This document shows positions 13,653 through 25,539 of a DNA stretch of 64,000 nucleotides, piece after piece. The DNA is from Eledone cirrhosa. Lineage: Eukaryota. Location: NCBI GenBank assembly GCA_964016885.1, contig OZ024762.1, positions 25,544,001-25,608,000 on the forward strand. The letters are read 5' to 3'. The notes beneath the pieces are model-generated. The model was not told the DNA's origin and did no database searches. It was given only the letters and a program-made list of their open reading frames with translations. The position numbers and the translations under genes were made by a program. Numbering within the stretch: position 1 is the first letter of the stretch; each line of letters opens with the position of its first letter.

Positions 13653-13713
<61 letters not shown>

Positions 13714-13790
13714 TACGGGGTGTCCACCCAAAAATGTATACATACTTTGATTAGAATTTTGTTGAAGAGTGAAGACATTTTTTAGGCTAC
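13714..13790 (+). mobile_element. Possible Tc1/mariner-type terminal fragment
   Basis: TA followed by CGGGGTGTCC, a common Tc1/mariner TIR start; no partner TIR found. Confidence 0.3.
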
Positions 13791-13795
13791 TCTGC

Positions 13796-13941
<146 letters not shown>

Positions 13942-14184
13942 CAAGACAGACAGATAGAGACAGCTCTAGGAGAGGGAGGAGAGGTATGTATTTGTGTGCG
14001 TCTGCCCATGTGGGTGGGTGTCTGCGTGTGTGCTTGTGAGCGCATATATGTGTGTGTGTGTATGTGCGCGCGTATGTGTGTGTGTATTTCACTAGGCCTA
14101 CCTCATTGCCAGTAAAACATCAAATCTTAAAAAATACAATAAATAATTGTTAGAATCTTATCTTGTAGGTGTTTCTTTAGTCCT

Positions 14185-14582
14185 TAATATTTCGGGATAC
14201 GATAGGATGAATGGATTTTATCCCGAAATATTGTGGGATAAGAAAGTTTGAACGGATTTTATCCCGAAATATTAAGGAATATGAAATGACATTATCCGGA
14301 AATATTAAGGGTTAAAGGATTTTATCCCCAAATATTAAAGGATAAAGAATGAAAGGATTTTATCCCGAAACATTATGGTATAAAGGATGAAATGATGTTA
14401 TCCAAGATATCAAGGGATACGAAAGGATGAAAGAATTTTATCCCGAAATATTTCGGGATAAGAAAAGATGAAGGGGATTTTATGCCGAAATATTAAGGGA
14501 TATGAAAGGATGAAGGGTTTTTTATCCCGAAATGTTCAGGGATATGAAATGAGGAGAAGATTTTATCTCGAAATATTAAGGA
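14185..14582. repeat. Degenerate ~35-42-bp tandem repeat with an internal hairpin (ATCCCGAAATATT..GGGAT)
   Basis: About 10 copies of GGATTTTATCCCGAAATATT(AA/TC)GGGATA. Confidence 0.85.
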
Positions 14583-15354
14583 CGAATTAAACACCTATCT
14601 TCTCTCTTCTTCGCGGGTCCTGAGTTCTCAACCACGCCTTCCAGATAAAATACTAACATGTTTGTCATCGTTACTTTTACCATTTAATGTCCTAATTACA
14701 TTACTGTGGCTTTCTAAAAGCGCTCAAGATTTTCTTCAATTAGCACAATGCTTCAAGCCATCTATCTACAACGACTTCTTGAATATATAGATATATGAAC
14801 TATATTACATTTTATCACATTACTTTATATTATATTGCATTATGTATTATATATACATTAGGCGTTTGATTCAGGCCTCATGGAATGTGATTCTTTCGGG
14901 ACTCACTCATTTAAGAAATCCTATTATATCATTACATCCCTGTCTTCAGTTACTTCCTGATGCTAATGCGCAATCAAAGTTTTCTTTTCTTTTATAAGTC
15001 ATACTGAATATATATCCCGTTTTGGTGGAGTGTGTTGAGGAAAGTTTTCTTATCCGTTTTTACAAAACTATAACTGTCTATTGGTGTTCCTTGGTGGCCG
15101 TTTTTGTGTGTTTTCCAATAAAAGAAATCTCAGTAGGTTTTAACGCTTCCAACAAGATAAGTGGGAGAAAGGCAGATTGAATTTGAAAAGCAGTTTACCG
15201 TACGTAAGTCATAAGAAGTTTCAACTACGACAGATAAATCGTTTGCAAAGTTTGAACCTAAACCATGAACAAAACAAAACTAGTAAAAATACGATTTTCA
15301 TTACTGTTGAAAGTATGGCAATAACTATTCACATAACATGATGCCAAGACCCGC

Positions 15355-15654
15355 AGAGGGAGGAGGGAGAGAGGGATGGGAGAGGGGAGGAGAGAGAGAG
15401 AGGAGGAGAGAGAAATAAGAAAAGAGGGAGAGGGGTGGGTGGGTGGAAGAAGAGATAAAAATAAATTTATCGAAAGAGATGGAGGAACTGAGGAAGAGAC
15501 AGAAAGAGGTGAGGCATAGAGCGAGAGAAAAGGGGAGAGAAAGAGAGAGAGAGAAAGAGAGAGAGAGAAAGAGAGAGAAAGAGAAAGAGGTAGATTCGAA
15601 AAGATAGAAAGAACAGAGCGAGAGAGAGACAGAGAACGGGAGAGAGAGACAGAA

Positions 15655-15727
<73 letters not shown>

Positions 15728-15773
15728 GAGAGCCGGAGAGAGAGACAGAGAGCGGGAGAGAGAGACAGAGAGC

Positions 15774-15850
<77 letters not shown>

Positions 15851-15908
15851 GGAGAGAGAGACAGAGAGCAGGAAAGAGACAGGGAGAGAGAGAGAGAGAG
15901 AGAGAGAG
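15355..15908. repeat. GA-rich low-complexity and (GA)n tract
   Basis: Direct reading. Confidence 0.9.
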
Positions 15909-16269
15909 GCGTAAAGAGAACTATAAAATCCACAATCCGCATCAAATGACCATAAATGTTTTCTTTCTTGGTGACATTAAATGTTAAATTCATGACAGCT
16001 GTGAAACTGCTTTCGCGGGTAAACCGAACACTTTTACTTGTCTATCAACGAATACTATGTACACTTCAGCATGGTTTCTTATCTTATAGGTTTTGTTCAG
16101 AATAAATTTTCTCTTTTTATGAGGGTATAGCGTAGTATCATCAATATATATTGCTTAGTTTGTTGAATGATCGATATCTGCCGAGATTATGTCCGCTGCA
16201 GAATCTACACGTGATGGGTAAAACTGATGTACCATTATGTTGATGATACTGTGTGAAAGAGATGCACAG

Positions 16270-16710
16270 ATCTTCTTCTTCTCCGCCCATTTATTCCTGA
16301 ACGGGTTGTGGGGTCAGAGTCCTGAAAAACTCCTTCCAGCGGGTCCTGTCAGAAGCAAACGTTTTTAACTAATCCGGCTGTATCCTCTAACGAGACCAGC
16401 CAAGCTCCTGGATGTTATCCAACCATCCTGCTTGGGGTCTCGTCAACCCTTGGGTCTCCTGCCAGTTGGCTTTGCCTGTAAAATCTGTCCAGTGATTCTT
16501 TCCTGAGACATTCTAACCACATGCCCATAGTAGCGGAGCTGTGATCTCTCAATTCGGAGAAGTAGCGACTCTACCTGGAGTGACTCTGCAGCCATTCTTT
16601 CCTGAGACATTCTAACCACATGCCCATAGTAGCGGAGCTGTGATCTCTCAGTTCGGAGAAGTAGCGGCTCTACCTAGAGTGACTCTCTCATCTCCGAACT
16701 ATGTCCATTA
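16270..16710 (-). pseudogene. RTE-clade LINE 3' fragment with an internal ~98-bp tandem duplication
   Basis: Minus strand translates LLRIERSQLRYYGHVVRMSQERITGQILQAKPTGRRPKG, a typical RTE C-terminus. ATTCTTTCCTGAGACATTC... occurs at about 16495 and 16594. Confidence 0.75.
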
Positions 16711-17553
16711 TCGAGTAACGTTACTCCAAAAACCCTTCGGAGGAATACCATTTCGGCCGCTTGTATTACTCTTCTGATGAGGAAGAGAAATACGCCGATC
16801 TTTCTGGAATTTAGTCTCATCATGTAGAGCTCTACTAAGGTGGTAGATTGACATTAGAATCGGTAGAGCTTCGAACAACATGCTTTGTGGCATAGAGTTA
16901 CGACTCTTTACGTTCTGAATTCAAATTCCTCCGAGGCTAGCTTTGTCTTTCATCATTACAGGGTCGATAAAAAGTACCAGTAATGCACTGGGGCCGATTT
17001 AATCTACTTTCCCATCCCCCACAATTGCTAACATCGCGATATTTCTTCTCTCCCTTCTCAGCCCATGCCGAAAACAAACCTAGCGTTTCGACAGACCAAT
17101 GGAAATATAGATATTTTTGGAGGGAAGTGATAAAGGAGTCCAATATAACGAGTCCAATATAACGGCTCCTTCCATTTTCTTGTGAGTGATGATACTTGAA
17201 TACATTTAATGGGGTTTATTAGGTGGCAAATACTGGAGCCAATTCTCGTGTTAGTTTATCAGTATTTTCCCATTCCTCATCTCAGTTGAAGAAGCCTTGA
17301 AAAAATATAATAAAGAATCTTAGACGCTTCCCTCCTCTCCTCTCCAACAATGACAGAAATAACACAAAACACACACACACACTATATATATATATACACA
17401 CACACTATATATATATATGCACTCAATCACCATATATATATATATATATGTATATATGTGTATTATCTATATATATGTGTGTGCGTGTGTGCGTATTACA
17501 TGTACATCACTTTCTCTATATATATACAAATATATAAACAGACATATACATGC

Positions 17554-17623
<70 letters not shown>

Positions 17624-18130
17624 ATATGTATATATGTATATATGTATATAATAACATTTGTGCCCAGACTAAAATAAACTTTTATCTCTCATATAACTGA
17701 CCAACAACGTTCGATATTCACCACATAGAACGCTATTTAAATTCCGTCACCTCATTAAGAAGCCAAAATGGAAGCCATATTTAGGAAGAGAGACGGGGAG
17801 AAAATGGCGGAAAATTATGTATACCGTCGATTTTTAGGCTGGCACGTAGATAGTCATTAGACAATCAGAACTTGCTTTACTAATCTCCCTTGTCACCTTC
17901 TGGGTAAAGTTCCAGTTTTTTTTTCCTTTCGTTTTCTAATAATTCTTGTGATTTTTTTAAGATGGTGTGAATATGCGGTGTGCCGTGGTGTGGTGTTGGG
18001 TGAGAATAGATTTGGTGTGAGTCACGTGATCGTTTTTTTTTTTGTCTAGTTATGTTATTATGTGTAAGTTTTTGTGTGTTTGCTTTTGTCTTTTGTATGT
18101 TTGTTTTGTGTTTTTGTTTTTACCTTTTAT

Positions 18131-18198
<68 letters not shown>

Positions 18199-18211
18199 TA
18201 TATATATATAT

Positions 18212-18260
<49 letters not shown>

Positions 18261-18261
18261 C

Positions 18262-18360
<99 letters not shown>

Positions 18361-18375
18361 CATATATATATATAC

Positions 18376-18406
<31 letters not shown>

Positions 18407-18429
18407 CATATATATATATAGATATGTAT

Positions 18430-18467
<38 letters not shown>

Positions 18468-18490
18468 ATATATATATATATATACACACC

Positions 18491-18538
<48 letters not shown>

Positions 18539-18571
18539 TATATATATACATATATATATATACATATGTAT

Positions 18572-18624
<53 letters not shown>

Positions 18625-18637
18625 TATAGATATATAT

Positions 18638-18826
18638 AACTGTTTCTACTATTGGCCAAGGCCAGCAATAACCAAGTACATTACTGGTACTTTATTTTAT
18701 CGACCCCGCAAGGATGAAACGCAAAGTAAAACTCGGGGGGATTTGAACTCAGAATGGCAAGGGCCGCAACTCTATACGTCAAAGCATGGCGTCCGACCTT
18801 CTACCGATACTGCCAGTCCACCGCCC
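18638..18826 (-). mobile_element. Full-length tRNA-derived SINE (family A) in (TA)n
   Basis: Complete head, core and tail matching the other family A copies. Confidence 0.85.
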
Positions 18827-18841
18827 TATATATATATATAA

Positions 18842-19243
18842 CGGCGATGAATTAGTACGGCCACTACTTTATATCCATGTAGGAGAACCTCTACCGATGC
18901 GCTGAACGAGTGTGACTCTTTAGTCCAGCCAGCGACTTGAAAACTCTGGTACAAACACTACACTTGTGACCACTATTGACACATAGTGCTGGGCCCATGG
19001 TACCATGTGACGACAAGTGCAGAGAGATCTCCAGATATAAAGCAATGCCTGTTCTGTGAAGCTTTTATAGTGAGCAAGGGCACTGCACAAAGCCAGTCCC
19101 ACTCTCTTAACCAAGATGATATTTACCAAAAGAAGAACAAGTCAACATCATTGAATACCATCAGGGTTGCAGGTGTTATATCAGAGTTTTCCTTCCCCTA
19201 GAATTCTGCCTTGACAAAGGCTAAGGGGTCATCTCTCCCGGAT
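18842..19243 (-). mobile_element. Dispersed repeat, probably an RTE-type 5' UTR fragment; second copy at about 37593-37787
   Basis: 18986-19180 is near-identical to 37595-37787. Minus strand contains CTAGGGGAAGGAAAACTCTGA, resembling RTE 5' UTR sequence (inference). Confidence 0.5.
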
Positions 19244-19244
19244 G

Positions 19245-19276
<32 letters not shown>

Positions 19277-19344
19277 TATATACATATATATATACATATA
19301 TTTACATATATATATACATATATATATACGTATATATATATACT

Positions 19345-19377
<33 letters not shown>

Positions 19378-19384
19378 TTATATA

Positions 19385-19454
<70 letters not shown>

Positions 19455-19469
19455 GAAAAACATATATAC

Positions 19470-19520
<51 letters not shown>

Positions 19521-21523
19521 GAAAAACACTCATCAGAAAAATTAAGAGAACGAACAAAAAAATCAACAAGCTGAAATACTGTCAGCAGCAACACATCAAC
19601 TTGACTGCCATTTCATCACTAGAGATTAAAAAACATAACCTCCAAAACAACATAATGTCCCTCATCAACAATCAGAGAAGAGCTGAAGAGGCCTGGGCCA
19701 TTGAGAAGATCAAACTCAATCCCAAAGTGTTCTTTTCATTTGCAAAAAAACACAAAATCACTGGCTCTACTGTTGGCCCTCTAATTGATGAAAATGGCAC
19801 TCTTCAAGACAATGCTAAAACCATGGGTGAGATACTGCAGAAACAATACTGCTCTGTTTTCAGCAATCCTGATATGGCCGATCTGGGCTGTATCGGCGAT
19901 GTTACTCCCCATTACACCTTATCGGACATAACGTTTGGCGCCCCTGATGTCTTGGCGGCAATAAAGGAAATCAAGCATAATTCAGCAGTAGGTCCCGATA
20001 GGTTCCCTGCTTGTGTCTTGAAGGCGTGTCAACACCAACTTGCTTCTCCTCTTGCCAATCTGTGGCGGAACTCACTGGATGCTGGATATGTGCCAGAAAA
20101 CCTTCTATCCCAGTCTGTTGTCCCAGTTTTCAAAAAGGGAAACAAATCCCTTGCCGTGAATTACCGTCCAATCTCACTCACCTCTCATATCATTAAGGTA
20201 TTTGAGCGAGTGGTGAGATCGCGAATGACCCACTTCCTTGAGAGTAACAATATGCTGAACTCCAACCAGCATGGATTCCGTAATGGAAGGGATTGCCTGA
20301 CGCAACTACTGCATCACTTTGATGACATTTTGAGAGCCTTGGGAGAGGGTTCCAACACTGATGTTATCTACCTTGATTTCAGCAAGGCCTTTGACAGGGT
20401 TGATCATAACATTCTACTGAGAAAGCTGTCCAATATTGGTGTCACTGGAAAGCTGCTGCAGTGGATCAAGAGCTTCCTGTCAAACAGAACCCAACATGTT
20501 GTAGTTGAGGGAGTCAAATCAAGCCCAGCCAAAGTCAGTAGTGGAGTCCCACAAGGCACTGTGTTGGGCCCACTTCTCTTCATCATCTATATTAATGACA
20601 TCACTGACATCATCAAACACAGCAACATTAAAATTTTCGCTGATGATTCCAAGCTCCAAAAGGTCATCAATGGCGTGGATGACCGGATAAGCCTTCAGTC
20701 AGACCTACTGGCTGTTACCCAATGGGCAGAAAAGAACAACATGTTACTGAACGAAGACAAATTCGAACTGATCCACTTTGGAAAAGAGGATGCTCTGAAA
20801 CTCCCGTACTCCCTTCCCTCCGGGGAAACTCTCGTGGCATCTAACAACATCAGAGACTTGGGAGTAACCGTGGACAGCAACATAAGCTGGACCACGCATA
20901 TAAGCAGCAAAGTTGACATGGCCCGCAGAATGTGTTCCTGGATCCTCAGAACCTTCCAGTCGAGAGATTCCCGCACCATTATCCTTCTCTTCTCTACTTT
21001 CGCCCGACCACACCTTGAATACTGTTGTCCACTGTGGTCTCCCCACACGAAACAAAGTATCATGAAACTTGAAGCTCCTCAAAGGGCAATCACGAAAAAG
21101 ATAGATGGCATGTCAGACCTTGACTACTGGGGTCGATTGGAAAACCTGAAACTTTACTCACTCCAACGTCGCCGTGAGCGTTATATTATCTGCATGATGT
21201 GGAAAATGTTCCATCATCACTGCCCAAATGATGTTGGCATCGCCTTCAAGATACACCCAAGGCTTGGGCCCCGTGCTATCCGTCCCATTCAAAAATCTAA
21301 ATCGCAACTCATAACAACAATACGGCACAATTATTTCACCTCAATCGGCCCTGCTCTCTTCAACATCACACCAGGACACGTCAAAACAGAAACTGACCAC
21401 ACAAAATTCAAGAAGTCTTTGGACAAATTCCTCCAAGTAATCCCGGACAAACCACCCACACCCGGATATGTCTCCGCAAACAGTAATTCTCTTCTCGAAT
21501 GGGCCATGGTGCCCAAATCCTGA
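19521..21523 (+). CDS. LINE ORF2 fragment (reverse transcriptase), CR1/L2 group, 5'-truncated
   Basis: [75 protein letters not shown]. The ORF-track start at 19211 is (TA)n read-through. 3' tail (TTCAAAGTTA)2 at about 21591-21610. Confidence 0.92.
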
Positions 21524-21615
21524 ATTGAAAGACTTCGCCAGGTGGTGCTATTAAGTTAGACATGGCCTGGGCCAATACTGGCCAAAACATTTCAAAGTTA
21601 TTCAAAGTTATATAC

Positions 21616-21678
<63 letters not shown>

Positions 21679-21777
21679 CATATACATATATACACATATA
21701 CATATACATATAAACATATATATATATATACACTTCACTGCTCGCAAGTGTTTTTTAAGCTTCATATCATGTCTCCC

Positions 21778-21848
21778 TATTTTATCTGATGAGAACGCAA
21801 ATATCATCCCATGATGATATTTGTTTTTGAAATGCGCATAATAAAATA
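21778..21848 (+). ncRNA. Minimal type I hammerhead ribozyme with palindromic loop 3
   Basis: TATTTTAT-CTGATGA-GAACGCAAATATCATC(CCAT)GATGATATTTGTTTTT-GAAA-TGCGCA-TA-ATAAAATA. Confidence 0.88.
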
Positions 21849-21969
21849 CATGGAACTCTTTTAACCATCTTTTGATTATATAATATTTATACTCCAGTCC
21901 TATAAACTGTTGAGTGCTACTAATCCGATATTTGCATTGCTTTATTGTGCTACAATAAAACTCACCTCC

Positions 21970-22077
<108 letters not shown>

Positions 22078-22245
22078 TACACATATATATACATATATGC
22101 ATATATATATACATATATATATATACATATATATATCACCTTTTGAAAAGCAGAAGAACTGCGAAACCGGTAAAGGAACCAAATAAATATATATATTTTT
22201 TTTTAAAATAAGACTTCAGTTGCATTTTCGATTTCATCTCTTTTT

Positions 22246-22292
<47 letters not shown>

Positions 22293-22382
22293 CACACAAG
22301 ACATACACACAAACATATACATACATACATTCAGGTGGTATATAGGTTTTCTTTCCATAGGTTGTCAGGCACAAAATGTAAC

Positions 22383-22445
<63 letters not shown>

Positions 22446-22639
22446 TGTGTATATTGAATATGTGTATGTGTGTCTGTGGCATGGTATGTGTGTCTATGAT
22501 GTGCTATGTGTATGTGTGTGTAGCGTGGTATGTGTGTATGTGGGAGGTGGGTGAGGATTTGATAGAATCAATCTAATACACATAGACATGACATCGGTCT
22601 ATAAATATGAATGGACTATTGGAAAATGATCGATAGATC

Positions 22640-22707
22640 GAAGGAAAGAGGAAGAATAATAGGAAGTTTGAGAAAGAGAGACATAGAGAAGGAAAGAAAG
22701 AGAGAAG

Positions 22708-22787
<80 letters not shown>

Positions 22788-23420
22788 GAGAGAAATGAAG
22801 TGAGAAAGAGAAAAAGAAAAACTGAAAATTAGAGGAAGAGGGGAAAAGGTTAAAAAAGATAGAAAGAAAGAAATTAAGAGAGAAAGTGAGAGAGGGGAAA
22901 AAGAGAGAGAGATGGGTAGAAATAGAGGAAGAAAGAGAGGAAGAGAGGAAGAGAGAGAGGAAGAAGGAGAGAAGAGAGAGGAAGAAAGAGAGACAGGAAG
23001 GAGGAGAGAGAGAGGAAGAGAGAGAGAGAATGAAAGATAGGAAGAGAGAGAGGGGAAGAAAGAGAGGAATAGAGAGAGCAGAAGAAAGAGAGGAAGAAAG
23101 AGAGAGAGGAAGAAAGAGAAGAAGAAAGAGAAGAAAGAGAGGAAGAGCTAGAGGAAGAGAGAGATGAAGAAAGAGAAGAAGACAGAGGAAGAAAGAGAAG
23201 AAGAGATAGAGAGAAAAAGAGAGAGAAAGAAAGAGAGGAAGATAGACAGGAAGAGAGAGAAGAAGAGAGAGAGAGGGGCAGAGAGAGAGAGGACGAAAGA
23301 GAGAAAGAAAAAGAGGAAGAGAGAGAAAGAAAGAGAGAAAGAAAGAGCGAAAGAAATTAACTGATAGACAAAGAGAAAAACATTGAGAGATAAAGAAGGA
23401 GAGAATGTTGGATGAAGAGA
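22640..23420. repeat. GA-rich low-complexity tract
   Basis: Direct reading. Confidence 0.9.
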
Positions 23421-23646
23421 AGTCCAATACTTTGAAGGAGAAACTCTTTTTCATAGAAGAGCGTCAACTGTATAGTTGAGAGGCTGACCAAGATACCCTC
23501 GTGGAATGACCAAATGAGGTTAATTTTTCAACATAATCCTTGGAAAGAAACAATGCAGTTATCAATAAGAGTTGAAATTAATGCATGAAAGATTTCACAG
23601 CTCTACCATCGTTTCTTCTTAGTCGATGAACTTTTCAGACTATCCT

Positions 23647-23706
<60 letters not shown>

Positions 23707-23738
23707 TATTAATAAAATAGATGTTCTTTTGATCAATT

Positions 23739-23795
23739 ACATTTTATTATACATATTTCGGATGTACAACAGTACGTCCTCATCAGACAAAATAT
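23739..23795 (-). ncRNA. Minimal type I hammerhead ribozyme (GGACGTAC subfamily)
   Basis: Minus strand reads ATATTTTGT-CTGATGA-GGACGTAC(TGTT)GTACATCC-GAAA-TATGTA-TA-ATAAAATGT. Confidence 0.85.
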
Positions 23796-24049
23796 AATTG
23801 TTTCTACTTTAGGCACAAGGCCAGCAATTACCCAGTGCATTACTGGTACTTTACAGTACGTCCTCATCAGGACGTACTGTTGTACATCTGAAATATGTAT
23901 AATAAAATGTAATTGATCAAAAGAACATATATTTTATTAATACTTATATTAATAACTCCTGAAAATTATTTTTAACCGTTGAGTACTTCCAATCTACTGT
24001 AAAAATCATTCTTTGACATAATCATCGAATATTGTTTAACAATTTAATA

Positions 24050-24148
<99 letters not shown>

Positions 24149-24760
24149 TGGCTGCAAACTCTGCGAAGAGTGCTGCAATAGGTAGTCAGATTACAGAGTT
24201 TGGTGCACCTTTAGGCTACGGCCAGCCACACAAACCTGTAACAGACCCTGAATAAGCGATGTCTGGGCTTTGAAGGTTTTTTAAGTGAGGTAAGGCCTTG
24301 CACTCGACCAATCTCACTCTGAGCATCGAAAACACAACCAGAAAAAGAGAACTGGTTAACATCATCGGATGCTTCCGAACCTGCAGGCTTTTTTTCAGAC
24401 CTTCCCTCTCCTAGAAAGGTGTGTCACAACAACTGGACCTTTCACTCCCAGGTAAAAAAAAGTACTGGAAGCCCGTGGACTCTGTTCCGCCGCCCTTACG
24501 AGGGTTAGCTGAAAGGTTTATAAACTGACAAAGATACTCTCATGGAATGACTAAATGAGGTTTATTTTTCAAAAGACCCTGGAAAGTAACAATGCAAGAA
24601 GAGTTGAAATTAATATACGCAAGATGTCACAGTCCTAGCATCAATCCTTTATAATCAGCCAATGGATTTTACAGTTAACTATGGCGGTGTTTTAAGGATT
24701 TTGCTTCACAAACCATGTAGTTTCGGGTTCAATCCCATAGCGAGAAAACCTGTCTTTCTC

Positions 24761-25060
24761 GTGTGAATGGGCCTTCACTCTACATCAGACTATAGGTGAG
24801 GAAGATGAAAAATCAAGGGAGCACCCCCTCTCTGTGCTCCTGAGGAGAGGGTTACACACTTTTGTTCGGGGGTGTGTGCGACCCCCGAAGGCGCCTCCTC
24901 CCTATTGAGGATTTTGTTATTAAATTTATTTTTGTTATATTTTATTTTATTTTTATATCTTGTTATTGCCTCCTCCTTATTGAGGACGCCTTTTTATGTA
25001 AACTCCCGCCATTGTACTTGTCCCACTTGTTGATGCCCTGGTGGCAAATAAAAAGAAAGT
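24761..25060 (+). mobile_element. Tx1-type LINE 3' end, same family as 10975-11270
   Basis: GTGTGAATGGGCCTTCACTCTACATCAGACTATAG plus 3' UTR is near-identical to the reverse complement of 10975-11270. Confidence 0.88.
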
Positions 25061-25069
25061 TATCTATTA

Positions 25070-25382
25070 TGCCACACAACTCATCCCCTTCTTTAAATAC
25101 GACTTCAGAAGGAAGGTGAGAGTGAGGCGAGAGGTGCTCCAACCCAGTAAATTCACTGAAAAGTGGGTGAATGTGGCGAAAATAGCCCGAGTGAATAGGA
25201 CTTCTCTGTATATAAATATGTAGGTTGAAAAAGACAAAAGAGAGAAGACCTACAAAACGTACTCCTGGGGTTTCGAATGTTTAATGTTCATTGTTATAAA
25301 CTCTTTACACTTTACGATTGTATGTAAAACTCCCGCCGTAATGTTTCATTTCTTGTGCACCCTTGTGGCAAATAAAGAAACA
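25070..25382 (+). mobile_element. 3' end of a related Tx1-type subfamily
   Basis: Encodes FFKYDFRRKVRVRREVLQPSKFTEKWVNVAKIARVNRTSLYINM, homologous to the C-terminus of the 11237-13579 ORF; ends GTGGCAAATAAAGAAA. Confidence 0.8.
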
Positions 25383-25539
25383 TATCTATTATAACCTCAT
25401 GAATAAGTTGACGGATGTCTCATCAGCGACAGTTGGGTGCTGGGAAGTAAAAGTGAAACTGACAAGACCGTCATTGGAAGCAGTGGATGTATAAAGAGTA
25501 GAAGATGGAATATAGGTAGAGATGATTGTTAGAACTTCG

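Noticed and set aside
16774-16792. CTGATGA...GAAA matches here and at 56815 and 15488
   Set aside because: No convincing stem I or stem II pairing; chance matches.
19211-19520. N-terminal part of the 770-aa ORF
   Set aside because: It is (TA)n read-through fused in frame to a truncated LINE, not a real N-terminus.
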